Notes: generated by a model not told the origin, from the sequence alone. A stretch of 64,000 bases of DNA from Eledone cirrhosa (GCA_964016885.1 OZ024750.1:5952001-6016000); one strand, 5' to 3'. Shown: positions 13,146 to 27,255, numbered from the stretch's first letter. Translations and numbers: made by a program.

Positions 13146-14855
13146 TAAAACGAGAAATAAAGGAAGAAATAGAAAGATAAAGAGTGAGAAGACGAAGGAA
13201 CGGGAAAAAATAAAAAAATTACCCACACGTACGTATTCAGTCAGCCATTATATATATATATATACATATATATAATCATCTTAGAATATTTACGGTAATA
13301 GGGGCAGACGACGTTATTACAAGTGATGTAGCCTATTAAAGACTTGAAATTGATTTGTCCATCAGAGTGGCAACATTTGATTCGATTTGAATAAGCTGAG
13401 AACAGCATTCAGGTTTTTTCCTTCCCAGAATTGTAATTTCGCTTGTGGCTATGGAAGGCAGATCTGCAAATAAATAAGCAGTTTTCGTGGACCCTTATGT
13501 CGGATAAACTCTGTAGCAGTGTTAACACCCGCTAAATATCTGGCTACAACATTCTGTAGCAGTTCGTTAAACATTCGAAAACCTCCAGAAAGATAACTAA
13601 TTCAAGAAGTGAAAATAATTGTGGAATTCATCTATATCCCATTGGCACTACATGCTGCCGGAGGCAATTCGTGTAAGGCTGCTTAATAAAAACTCTATAA
13701 TATCCCAAATACCTTTCACTGTCAGGATGGTAGGTTTAATTTAAATTGATTCTGCCGAATAAGAAAAAAGAAAACATGTTCTTCCTACTCTAGGAGAATG
13801 TTTTACAGACTGCTCATTGAATTAACTTATAGGTAGCTAAGCATTCTACAGCCACGTATACACTGAACAGAATTCTCAGGTAGATTCAACATGACAGTGT
13901 GTTACATGTCTGGCTCTTTGAATGTAGTTACATTTCGTCTGACGGGCTTCCAAACAGTCACTGTCTACACAGTTTTGCTTACAATGCATGGTTCCACCTA
14001 AAACATGTTTCCAGAATGGTATTCAATGGAACTGCGATCTTCTTCACTATTAAGCCATGTATCCTCCATATGGCAATTGACGGTTGCCTGTATATAGTTG
14101 AACATATGTAATGTTGATACCACTATGGTATTAATTATTTTATTCATCACTAGTTGACAATAAATAATAGTTGAATCTATTCTGCTAGACGTACTTAGAA
14201 TATACTTGTTCTGTGATAATATTTAACATTCAAATCACACCAAAGTAAATATGATTTATTAATACTTGATTTCAGTATATTTTTGTTTCATTATTATAGT
14301 ATTACTTTTGTTTATAACTTGCACAAGCGTAGTTCTGCTTAGTATTGATTATATCTTAACTCACCCACAACCGCGTTCATGTGAGTCGTTTAAATGATTA
14401 GAATCTCATACCTGAGTGTTTTCCACGACACCTCTTGTGTGACTGATTGTAAACATTGCTCCATATTTACCCACACCTTCAAATTGTCAAAGCAGTTTAG
14501 CTATTGCCTTCTTATCAAGTTGACCAAATGTACCCACATTAATCTCCACAAACATTTAATAAAAGCATATATTTTCTACTAAAAAGAAATACACACTGAC
14601 ATTTTCTTGTCTGCTTTATATCAGGAATAAATAAAATATCACACACTTCCAGAATCTAGCCATTGGGTTTCTAAGTAAACAGCATTTGATTAATTGCAAG
14701 TTGAATAGCTAATTGTTTCTGGGACCCGAATAGCCATGATAGTTTTCAGTAGCTTTGATAAGCCAGAAATTACGCTGCGAACTTCTTACCACCAGACTCT
14801 GAACATTTGTTTCCTTCCCTTTCTGTTGATATAATTTGTAATTGGTAGATGTAAT

Positions 14856-15046
14856 GGCGGTAGATTGGCAGTATCGATAGAGGGTCAGACACCATGCTTT
14901 GACGCATAGAGTTGCGGCCCTTTCTATTCTGAGTTCAAATCCAGCCAAGGTTAATTTTGCTTTACACCCTTACGAGGTCGATAAAATAAAGTACCAGTAA
15001 TGCACTGGGTAATTGTTGGCCTGTGCCAAAAGTAAAAACAATTATT
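14856..15046 (+). mobile_element. SINE family 1, full length
   Basis: A box, B box, central domain and 3' end all present. Confidence 0.9.
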
Positions 15047-16143
15047 TGTAATTGCTGTTGGTTTCGTTGTTACTGTTGGTATTCTATTTGTTGTTTAGTA
15101 CATTTGTGATTGTCTACTTCACACTATTACTCTATGTCAAACCTACCCAGTGAAAGAGAAGAAGAACAGTGACAAAAACAGCACCGTACTACATGTGAGT
15201 TTCTTAAACAGACTACCTCTGGCCCAATACTAAACTTAGTTTGGTAGCTCAAGGGTTCTAGTCAGAGTGTGGTACCACATGGAGATATTACCCAGTGGTT
15301 AGTGTTAGGGAAGCTATGTACTGTCAGGAAAAGTATTCCGCATACAACCAGCATTACTGTTAACTAACACAAAGTCGAAAGCGAGGTGACAATTACAGAG
15401 ATAATCTCACTGACTCTAGACATATCTGAGCACTCGTTATAACACGCAAGAAGTATATAATTGTATATTATTACTCTTACTCTTTTACCTGTTCCAGCCA
15501 TTCGGCTGAGGCCATGCCTCGGCACCGCCCCTGTTAAAAAAAAAAAAAAAAAAATGGAACGCTTCACGAATTTGCGTGTCATCCTTGCGCATAATATTGT
15601 AATATTCTAAAAGTTCATATTTTTTAATACTGGAGAGCTGAATAAAAATTCCCAATTTTTGTTGGATTTGAACATAAAAACGTGAGAAATGAAAATAGAT
15701 TCGCCAAATATATATAGTTTCTGATATCCCCATTGTGTGAAATATGTGCATGTAAATAGTGATCGTAAATAAGAATCTCTTATGCATGCAATTACCTGTC
15801 ATAAATGTCACAGTGTCTCACTTTCCACTAAAAATCTAATTCTTTTTTGTAATATCTAAACAAAACTGAATATACTATTTTTATGCACGACAAATCCCAT
15901 AGAACAAGGAGTATGCTTCTGACACATAAATGCCCCACCCCATCTTCGATTTCGGTTAAATCAATTTTCCTATAAAATTTCAATAGGAATAACTAAAAGC
16001 AGCAGCAGTGTGTTCAGTCATGAGAAACCAATATTCTATTCATATCTGTCATGAATATTTCAGAGTGTCAAGCAATCTAAAACAGCAATGCGATTTCAAA
16101 TCATAGTAGACACAATTTCTTATCATTTATGTCACCAATAAAG

Positions 16144-16460
16144 GCTTCTGATTTAGGCACAAGGCCAACAATTAAATCAACCCCAGTGTGTTACTGATAC
16201 TTTATTTTATCGACCTCGTAAGGTTGAAAGGCAAAGCTAACCTTGGCGGGAGTTGAACTCTTTCTGATTTAGGCACAAAGCCAACAAGTTTTTGGGGGAT
16301 GGGAAAGTAGATTAGATGGACCGCAGTGTATTACTGGTACTTTATTTTATCGACCCCGTAAAGATCAAAGACAAAGCTAACATCGGTGGGATTTAAATTC
16401 AGAAGGTAAAGGGTTGTAACTATGTCCTGCTAAGCTTGTTGTCCGACAATCTACCGATAC
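16144..16460 (-). mobile_element. SINE family 1, two tandem copies (16144-16260 partial, 16261-16460 near full length)
   Basis: Two reverse-complement central domains, each preceded on the plus strand by TTCTGATTTAGGCACAA. Confidence 0.85.
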
Positions 16461-16862
16461 AATTTATGTCACTAAAAAGCTATAGAAAGCTGTCTTAGAA
16501 AACATTAAACCTTTCATTAGGTAACGTAATATGTTGAGTCACTATCTCTGCGCCATGCTATGCATTGACAAATCTAAAGTTGTCCTGCTGGTACAAAATC
16601 CAACAAGACGCCTACACGGTAAGTTATTTTCTTAGCTACGAACTCCTTACAAATTATAAGCATACTTGATCCTCTGTTTTTTTAAATGTATAAGCATACA
16701 TAGTTTTTACAACTTGGAGTAGAATCACTCTTAACTAAAAAGATCAACTTATCTTTAGCATCAGACCTCACAGCTGACTACTATGTTCTATACGTATAAG
16801 AAATATTGCCCCTTCTCTCTTGCTCTCTGATCCCAGTGCACTTTCTTTCTTTTTTTCTTTCT

Positions 16863-16922
<60 letters not shown>

Positions 16923-17009
16923 TAAAACGTTCATTGAGCTTAAAAGTGAACAGTTGCAACACATATATGTATCATTGATTTAATTTAATTTAATTTTATG
17001 TATGTGATA

Positions 17010-17125
<116 letters not shown>

Positions 17126-17169
17126 GATGATATTGCAGAAGTGCAACGAAAGAACTTTGATAGACTATA

Positions 17170-17352
17170 TATATATATTTATATCTGTATTTTTAACCGT
17201 TGGTCAATCAATGATAAACATTGATTGCCAGATAAATTAACTATGGAGATATAAAAGATACAGAAGCGAAAACCAACCAAACAGTGAGTGTGTTCTGTTA
17301 TTATTTCTGGCAATATTATTACAACAATATGACCCTCCCCAAGTATAACAGT
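17170..17352 (+). mobile_element. (TA)n-embedded element, family C
   Basis: Highly similar second copy at 59670-59845. Shares the terminal ATGACCCTCCC-AAGTATAACA motif with family D. Confidence 0.7.
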
Positions 17353-17370
17353 ATATATATATCTATATAT

Positions 17371-17421
<51 letters not shown>

Positions 17422-17442
17422 TAAATATATAAATATATATAT

Positions 17443-17475
<33 letters not shown>

Positions 17476-17481
17476 TAAATA

Positions 17482-17576
17482 GATTAATTAAGAAAAATAG
17501 GAAGAATAACATTTAGAGTTATCAAAATGTTGAAAATACCAGCGGTGTCAATAAGATTTAGTTAAATGTAGACCAC

Positions 17577-17631
<55 letters not shown>

Positions 17632-17727
17632 TATATCATAAATCATGTCTTTAGAATCACTAGATATAATATATACCATTTCCTCTCCCAATTAGCATAA
17701 TTAACCATATAAAATGTATATGTAAAC

Positions 17728-17767
<40 letters not shown>

Positions 17768-17878
17768 TGATTGATGTGTTAATGTGGTCTACATTTAACT
17801 AAATCTTATTGACACCGCTGGTATTTTCAACATTTTGATAACTCTAAATTTTATTCTTCCTATTTTTCTTAATTAATC
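17482..17878. repeat. 99-bp inverted duplication (17482-17580 / 17780-17878)
   Basis: Arms match at 98 of 99 positions. The left arm is flanked by (TA)n on both sides. Confidence 0.95.
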
Positions 17879-18801
17879 AATTTAAATATTTATTATGAGG
17901 TAAATACAGATAATTATTACACATTTAATCTATCTATTTGGTAAAATGTTTTCTGTAAATATTTCGAAACATTATTTTAATATTGCAATAAATAATTCAA
18001 TTTTTATTCAAATATTGTTTAGAAATTGCGTTTCGTGAAAAATAATAAATTATCTCAGAATTATTAAAACCGCTTTTTAAATGTGATAATCGCTTAAATG
18101 ATTTAATTCGAGAAATATCCAGGCTATAGGAAATTGAAATTTGTGTGATGCTAATTTGTAACTAAATTTGAAAATTATTTTAGAAAATAATTAAACATTT
18201 ATTGATTAAACAAGATAATTTAATCGGAAATGTCTAAAAGAAAAAACATGTTAACTAAATCGGAATCCTGTGAACTATTTATCAAGCCTCTACCAGTAGA
18301 AATATCATTAACTTATTGATTCGGCCACAGAACTACAAGCATTTAGAACTCTTAGGTCAATAATGAGAAGGAAAGATAAGCAAATTATTATTAATGAATC
18401 ACATTTATTTCAAATGAATAAATAAACGTAGAAATAAAAGGATTAAAGAAAAGACAAATAAAAAAAAAATAAAATAAAAACATAACGAATAAATAAATAA
18501 AGAAATAAAATACAAAATCTATTAGTCACAAAAAGTAGAATTAAAAATACTATCGATATTTCTGCATGATTGATATAAGAGTTTATAAATAGAACTATAC
18601 AACCACAATAGCATCAGCGTTTTGTTATTTGAAGATAAGATGATACAAAATATTGTGCTGTTTTCTATAACTTCAAAGGTTCTACGTTAAGGAAAAATGG
18701 ATATTGGATGTTGTGACGTTCATGCATTCGTTATAGGTCTCAACAGCATATACCAAATGGAATCTCTTGTGAATAGTAAATAATCTAAATTTATCATCTC
18801 A

Positions 18802-19013
18802 CGACGGGTGCTGAAAAGTTCCAGGCTTTGGGTAAAAGAAAATACAAGAGGATCCGTTAGGATTTTAATCAACATATTCCCTTCTCAGATTCAGAGACTT
18901 ATTGCAGTGGTCCTTGAGCTTTTCTAGGCCCTGTAAAAAGAACTCGGAATGTTGGGCCTCCAACCAGGTCTCTGGTCTCCCTTAAAGCCAGAAACCTTTC
19001 AGCACCCACTTCG
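18802..19013. mobile_element. mariner-type MITE
   Basis: TIRs CGACGGGTGCTGAAAAGTTCCAGGCTTT and AAAGCCAGAAACCTTTCAGCACCCACTTCG, followed by TA. Confidence 0.8.
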
Positions 19014-19544
19014 TATAGATAGGTACATAGATAGAAATTCAGCAGTGATTTTATTGTAAACACGGGGAATCAACAAAGACATTCTTTCAGTGGGTTGGAA
19101 ACTGAATAGATTGGCTGATAAAAGAGAGTTAAATACCATCCATGCATTGTAATATACTGACAGACTTACATAGAAATATAGACATAAAGAGATAAAGAGA
19201 AATATTAGTGGATAGATAAAAAGATGGATGTTTACAAAGTTAATTGTTATTTCATATATTTCTTCTTTGTCGTTTCATTTAGCCGTTTGTATTTACTTCT
19301 TTTACTTTGTAAAATCTGTCTGCATATAATTTTAGTTCACTTCATTTCACTGAATTTTCTATTTACTACAGACGGATTATTTTAGCTTCTATAAATGTCT
19401 TAAATATTTATTTGTCCTACTTTTCAAGTAATCGATGTATTCTCTTCGTTTTGTTTTATAGCATAAAAGTTTGTTTTATTAATTTGACATTTAACTACAT
19501 TATTTTAACTTTTGTCGGTCTTATTCCTATATACAAAGGTACGA

Positions 19545-19690
19545 TTGTGTGGTTAAGATAATCGCTTCACAACTGTGTTCTATTGGGTTTGGTTTCTCAA
19601 ACAGTTTTATATTTGACTATGTCCTTTGGATGACAAAAACCTTGTGTGGTAAACTGGCTAGACAAAATATGTGGAATCCTGTCATATATA
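19545..19690 (+). mobile_element. Decayed tRNA-SINE family 2
   Basis: TGTGTGGTTAAG head and CCTTGTG...TAGACAAAATATGTGGAATCCTGTC followed by (TA)n. Similar decayed copies at about 12600-12735 and 50390-50530. Confidence 0.45.
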
Positions 19691-19967
19691 TAACCTTGTA
19701 CCAGGAATGTATACTCAATCCGACACCAGGATTAACCTGACGAACTGCTTTGAAAGGAGGCCACTCACTCGTAAACATTGGAACCAAGTTTCCAGTTAAA
19801 GAATAATTTCCCCTTTCTCCAATCAGTCTTAGAATTCATAAAAATGTCATCAGTGATGTCATTCACCTCATTGTCAAATACACCCCTCAAAAATATAAGT
19901 ATAAAATAATTTATTTATTATTTATTTATTTGAAATTTTGGAAGATAGTGGAGACTTCGTAAGGAGG

Positions 19968-20252
19968 AAAGGCAAAGCTAACCTCGGCGGGATTTGAACT
20001 CAGAGCATAAAGGGACGTAACTCTTTGCCGCAAAGTATATTGTTCGACACTACCAACTGCCAATCCACATATGATAACAATTGTTTCTGCTTTTGGCACA
20101 AGGCCAGCAATTACCCCAGTGTATTACTGGTACTTTATTTTATCGACCTCGTAAGGATGAAAGTCAAAGTTAACCTCGGCGGGATTTGAACTCTGATCAT
20201 AAAAGGGCTGTAAATCTATGCTGGAAAGCATGGCGTCCGACCCTCTACCAAT
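19968..20252 (-). mobile_element. SINE family 1, two tandem copies (19968-20068 5' half; 20078-20252)
   Basis: The reverse-complement B box GGATTTGAACTC occurs twice, and the central domain is present. Confidence 0.85.
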
Positions 20253-20261
20253 ACACATAAG

Positions 20262-20302
<41 letters not shown>

Positions 20303-20611
20303 GGATATTGGTGGTAATAGACAAATTAGGAATCAAAGCAGAAAAGAAGATGAAGCAAATTATGTACAACTCTACGACTTTGGTTAGATGTAGTCTTTGA
20401 AATCAAGGAATTAGAAAAAAACGGTACCAAGTTAAGTAGAGAGGAGGAGATGGAAAGGATAAAATACAATAGATCGAAATGAAGGAGAAAATTAGAAATG
20501 TATACTAGAGAAAATGAGATTGAAATCTAAAACGACTCTTCATAAAAGAAAACAGTAAAAGCAAAACAAATTATCTCTTTGCCTCTTTCTCGCTCTTTTT
20601 CTCAGACTCTC

Positions 20612-20612
<1 letters not shown>

Positions 20613-20652
<40 letters not shown>

Positions 20653-21830
20653 CTGTAAATATATATATATACAATATATATATATATAAATACAATATAT
20701 ATATATATATAAATACAATATATATATATATATAAATACAATATATATATATATAAATACAATATATATATATATATACACAATATATATATATATATAA
20801 ATACAATATATATATATATATACAATATATATATATATAAATACAATATATATATATATATATATATATACAATATATATATATCTATATATACAATATA
20901 TATATATCTATCTATCTAAGGCGGGTAAAATTCCCGAGATCCATGGACGAGTTCTCTCCAGCGGTCTCTGTCCCTCATTATCGCTGCCATATCCAGCATC
21001 TCCAACAGACCAGTGTCTGTCCTTATATACAATATATATATATATACACACAATATATATATATATATACACACAATATATATATATATATATATACACA
21101 ATATATATATATATATATATACACAATATATATATATATATATATATATACACAATATATATATATATATATATACACAATATATATATATATATATATA
21201 TACACAATATATATATATATATATATACACAATATATATATATATATATACACAATATATATATATATATATATATACACAATATATATATATATATATA
21301 TACACAATATATATATATATACACACACAATATATATATATATACACACACAATATATATATATATACACACACAATATATATATATATACACACACAAT
21401 ATATATATATATACACACACAATATATATATATATACACACACAATATATATATATATATACACACAATATATATATATATACACACACAATATATATAT
21501 ATATACACACACAATATATATATATATACACACACAATATATATATATATACAACATATATATATATACACAATATATATATATATATACACAATATATA
21601 TATATATATACACAATATATATATATATATACACAATATATATATATATATACAATATATATATATATATATATACAATATATATATATACATATATATA
21701 TACATATATATATACAATATATATATATATATATATACAATATATATATATATATATACAATATATATATATATATACAATATATATATATATATACAAT
21801 ATATATATATATATATATATACAATATATG

Positions 21831-21861
<31 letters not shown>

Positions 21862-21893
21862 CAATATATATATATATATATATACAATATATG

Positions 21894-21924
<31 letters not shown>

Positions 21925-22338
21925 CAATATATATATATATATATACAATATATATATATATATACAATATATATATATATATACAATATATATATATATA
22001 TATACAATATATATATATATATACACAATATATATATATATATATACACAATATATATATATATATATATACACAATATATATATATATATATATACACA
22101 ATATATATATATATATACACACAATATATATATATATATATACACAATATATATATATATATATACACACAATATATATATATATATATACACACAATAT
22201 ATATATATATATATAATATATATATATATATATACATATAATATATATATATATATATACATATAATATATACATATATATATATACATATAATATATAT
22301 ATATATATATATACATATAATATATATATATATATATA

Positions 22339-22369
<31 letters not shown>

Positions 22370-22421
22370 CATATAATATATATATATATATATATACATA
22401 TAATATATATATATATATATA

Positions 22422-22453
<32 letters not shown>

Positions 22454-22675
22454 ACAATATATATATATATATATATACAATATATATATATATATATATA
22501 CAATATATATATATATATATACAATATATATATATATATATATATACAATATATATATATATATATATATACAATATATATATATATATATATATACAAT
22601 ATATATATATATATATATATACAATATATATATATATATATATATATACAATATATATATATATATATATATACA

Positions 22676-22706
<31 letters not shown>

Positions 22707-22843
22707 ATATATATATATATACAATATATATATATATATATACAATATATATATATATACAATATATATATATATATACAATATATATATACACAATATA
22801 TATATACACACAATATATATATACACAATATATATATATACAC

Positions 22844-22885
<42 letters not shown>

Positions 22886-23032
22886 AATATATATATATAT
22901 ATATACACATTATATATATATACACAATATATATATATACACAATATATATATATATATATATACACAATATATATATATATATATATATACACAATATA
23001 TATATATATATATATATACACAATATATATAC

Positions 23033-23068
<36 letters not shown>

Positions 23069-23563
23069 ATATATATATATATATATATACACATACACAA
23101 TATATATATATATATATATACACAATATATATATATATATATACACAATATATATATATATACACAATATATATATATATATATATATACACAATATATA
23201 TATATATACACAATATATATATATATACACAATATATATATATATACACAATATATATATATATACACAATATATATATATATTACACAATATATATATA
23301 TACAATATATATATATATATACACAATATATATATATATATATATATACAATATATATATATATATATATACACAATATATATATATATATATATACACA
23401 ATATATATATATATATACAGTATATATATACAATATATATATATACATATATATGTGAGTCTGTAAATATATATATATACATACATTATATATATATATA
23501 TATATACACATATATGCGTGTCTAAATATATAAATATATATATATATAATGTGTGTGTGTCTG

Positions 23564-23611
<48 letters not shown>
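20613..23611. repeat. 3-kb compound satellite of (TA)n punctuated by CAA, CACAA or CATATAA
   Basis: Seen directly. This is the source of the 900-aa IY-repeat pseudo-ORFs. Confidence 0.95.
20908..21025 (-). mobile_element. RTE-clade LINE, extreme 3' end, embedded in satellite
   Basis: Minus strand translates [35 protein letters not shown] followed by a (TAGA)n tail. Same family as 2800-3060. Confidence 0.85.
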
Positions 23612-23613
<2 letters not shown>

Positions 23614-23759
23614 AACAGTAAAGTACAAGCTAAAAGCTAACTATTCAGAGGGAAAAGTTGACATTAGGGATATATAACAGAGAATGGTAAAAAGAAAAAA
23701 ACATATTAATAGCAACAACAAAAAGATATAATCAAAATAGAACGCTGAAAATTGCTATG

Positions 23760-24030
23760 AAAGAAATGGTGAACAAAATCTAACAATTGCCTATATTCTG
23801 CAAGAATGGACAAAAACAATGAGTGTCAATACGAAAGCAAACCATGGCTGAAAAATACTGATCTAAAGAGAGGAACTAAAAGTCAAATCTACGGTGGGCA
23901 TAATCAATGTTTAATCAGACATAAAAGAAATCTACCGAAACTGTATAATACCAACGTCAACTGCATACTATGCAATTAAAATAAAGAAGCTATACACTAT
24001 ATCATTTTATTTTTTTGGTGACCAGCTTTC
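23760..24030 (+). pseudogene. Decayed R4/Dong-like (RLE) non-LTR retrotransposon fragment, zinc-knuckle region
   Basis: From 23845: WLKNTDLKRGTKSQIYGGHNQCL...NCILCN*NKEAIHYII. This resembles the R4-clade WLxxxxLKxETExxIxAAQDQxL...CRLCxxxxETIxHI motif. Confidence 0.55.
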
Positions 24031-24110
24031 TCATAGACATTACGAACATATATATTTTTCGATAGTAGCCATGACTAATGAGAAAATTGGCGACACTTCT
24101 TACTAAAACT

Positions 24111-24227
24111 GAAAATAAATAGCAGTCGTGGTGTACAGGGAAACGAAATTGAAAATAAATGGCGATGATGGTGTACAAGGAAACGAACTTGAAAATAAAT
24201 GGCGGTGGTGGTGTACAGGGAAACGAA
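24111..24227. repeat. 40-bp tandem repeat, 3 copies
   Basis: GAAAATAAAT...GGTGTACAGGGAAACGAA starts at 24111, 24151 and 24191. Confidence 0.9.
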
Positions 24228-24239
24228 TATTTAATAACT

Positions 24240-24441
24240 GTTTCTGATTTAGACATCAGGCCAATAATTTCTGTATGAAGCCAAAGTCGATTAAATCTGC
24301 CCTAGTGTGTTAATGTTACTTTATTTTTCGACCCCGTAAGGGTGAAAGGCAAAGCTAACCTTGGTGGGATTTGTACTCAGAACATAAAGGGACGTAACTA
24401 TATCGCAAAGCATATTGTCAGACGCTCTACCGATACTGCCA
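24240..24441 (-). mobile_element. SINE family 1, long-3' variant
   Basis: Reverse-complement A box CCGATACTGCCA at the right end, with the central domain present. Confidence 0.85.
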
Positions 24442-24616
24442 AGCAAATTATATACTAGTAACTCTGTAAAGTAAAGTGCATGATGTGAAAAATCTGGTGT
24501 GCTTATTTTTGTGCCTTATCAATGTATACAGTGAGTTTCTCTATCGTTGGTGTCGGGAAGATACTCGACTTGAAAACAAAACTGAAGGAAGAGGAAAAAA
24601 TAGAAATAATAATAAT

Positions 24617-25125
24617 TTAACCGACTTTTCCTTCCTCCAAATTGTTGGCCTTGTGCTTAAATCAGAAACCATTGCAGGGTCGATAAAATAAAGTAATAGT
24701 AATACACTGGGATAATTGCTGGCCTTGTGCCCAAAGTAGAAGCAATTATTATTATTTATTGGGGGATTGGCAGTATCATTAGAGGATCGGACGCCCTGCT
24801 TTACAGCATATAGTTACGTCCCCTTACTTCTGAGTTCAAATCCCGCCAACGTTAACTTTGCCTTTCATCCTTACAGCGTCGATAAAATAAAGTACCAGTA
24901 ATACACTGCGATAATTGCTGTCCCTGTGCCTAAAGTAGAAACAATTATTATTATTATTTCTTGTGGTCAATAAATGAAACAATTATTATTATTATTATCA
25001 AATCCCGCCGAAGTTAACTTTGCCTTTCATCCTTACGGGGTCGATAAAATAAATTACCAGTAATGTACTGAGTAATTGCTGGCCTTGTGCCAAAAGTAGA
25101 AACAATTATTATTATTATTATTATT
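24617..25125 (+). mobile_element. Cluster of four SINE family 1 pieces (one near full length at 24762-24957)
   Basis: Repeated 3' ends of the GGCCTTGTGC type, mostly followed by (ATT)n. Head-to-tail arrangement. Confidence 0.85.
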
Positions 25126-25764
25126 ATTTGATGGATCGAACGATCAATGGCAATAGATTTGTTAAGAAACTTTAAATTACATTCTCCATATGCATATTTT
25201 AAATCTCCATACAAGAACAGCTTTCCTATTGGAGAAAACACTAAACACTGCATATGGATTCAACTTGTGTATCAGCAGTAGAAGTGAATTCAAGCAAATG
25301 TACTAACCTACTCTAAGAACAAGTAAATTGATTAAAAATGAATTCATTAAGTTCAATTCACACAGTGAAATCATAGACTTGGAAAAGGACATCCAATACA
25401 AGACGAAACTGTAGTAGATGAATGAGAAAACTGGACATTTACTAAAAGCATGCATTCTTCTCGTTATGTTTCAATGACGTGCTTGCGTTACTATATGACG
25501 TCCGAATTCTACCGTTCTTTCATTCTTTGTTCGGTTCATACAGGTGACTCTCTCCACATTTCCCCCCGTTTCTAGGGGTTTATATAACCACCTTAACATG
25601 ATTCGATGTTTATAAGGAGAAATAAACACGACGAATTAAATTCACAATGTTCGTCACGAGTATGAAAATACACTCTTGACAGGTGCAATGTCTTCGAACA
25701 CAGAAGAATCGAACTCCCTCCGTCATCGCCCCCATCTCTCTCGTCCTCCTCATCTCTCTGTATA

Positions 25765-25830
25765 GTGAGCAAATGGGGTCCCACGTGCAGGCCGCCCCAC
25801 AGCACCGGCGGAGAGAATGGAGAAGGCATT
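25765..25830. repeat. Unclassified GC-rich interspersed repeat
   Basis: GTGAGCAAATGGGGTCCCACGTGCAGGCCGCCCCACAGCACCGGCGGAGAGAATGGAGAAGGC recurs inverted at 41405-41468. Confidence 0.8.
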
Positions 25831-26004
25831 ACCCCGGAGGATGGTAAGGGATAAAAATTTGCGTTGTAGCAATTTTCTATATTCCAACATAATTTCAAAC
25901 TTCAAATTTGCTCAACGCTGCATAAAACCATTACTCAGCAGAGTACACCATTCTTGAGATAGTAGAGTATAGTTATAGTATAAAGGGTTGGGTCCCGACT
26001 CTTT

Positions 26005-26122
<118 letters not shown>

Positions 26123-26724
26123 AAGAATTTAAATAAGGGCTTTTATAATAATTTCGACACAAGTCAAATATATTTTTGAGACATTATGTACTACTTCAAT
26201 CTTACGATAAAAATAAAACTGTAAATACAAATACGAAGCACTTCTGCAGAAAATTAATAAAAATATGTCAGTATTTTTTTTAAACAATACACATATGTAG
26301 ATATATATTTCTTTACACGCACATTCTCGCACATAAAACGCACATACATACACGTACCCACACATAGACACACATGTGTGTTTGCATGTATGTGTGTTTC
26401 TGTGTTTGAGTATGTTGTTGTTTGGTTGTTTGTATGTGTTTTTATATGTTTGTGAACGAATGTGTGAATATGTTTGTGAACAAATGTGTGCTTAAAACTT
26501 TTGATTATAGCCTCACGTAAATTTTAAAAGGACCTAAAAAAATGACACCCAAGCTTATAACAACAGCCGGAAAACACAATGAAGTAAAAAAACAAAATAT
26601 CTATAGTTGGAAACAGTACTCATGTACGCATGCGCACACTCCCGTACATACACACAGATATGCAACGGAAACGAGAAAAAAAGAATATGTTTGTGTATAA
26701 AATATTGCGTTTAAGAATAGTGAA

Positions 26725-27255
26725 GTGAGAGATAGATAGATAGGGGAGAGAGAGATGGGGGGGGGGAGGGGGAGAGAAAGAGATAGATAGATAGATAGAT
26801 AGGGGGAGAGAGATGAGGGGAGAGAAAGCGAGAGACAGATAGATAGATAGAGGGAGAGAAAGATGAGGGGGGGGGGGAGCGAGAGACAGATAGATAGGGG
26901 AGAGAGAGATGGAGAGAGAGAGGGATTAGAAAAGGGTTAGAGAGAATAGAAGAGAGCGTGAGAGAGTGAGTAGGAGAGTGGGAGAGAGAGAGAGTGGAAG
27001 AGATTCGAAAAAGGGTAGAGAGAGTGTGGATAGCATGAGAGAGTGTGAGAGTGTGTGAGAGAGTGAGTAGGAGAGAGTAAGTAGGAGAGTGGAAGAAATT
27101 CGAAAAGAGTGTGAGAGAGTGTGAGAGTGTGGGAGAGTGGGAGAGAATGGGTGAGAGAGTGGGTGAGAGTGTGAGAGAATGGGAGAGAATGGGAGAGAAT
27201 GGGAGAGTGTGTGGGAGAGTGGGAGAGAGTGTGAGAGAATGGGAGAGATAAAGAC
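26725..27255. repeat. Purine-rich (GA/GATA/GGGAGAGA) low-complexity tract
   Basis: Seen directly. Confidence 0.85.

Noticed and set aside
15146-15230. Possible minus-strand exon encoding a hydrophobic stretch with a GTAGGT donor
   Set aside because: Weak acceptor, no recognisable homology and no partner exons.
20908-23628. ORFs of up to 906 aa rich in I/Y/C
   Set aside because: Translations of a (TA)n-based satellite that lacks stops in those frames. The same applies to all IY, TH, CV, ER and SL repeat ORFs in the track.
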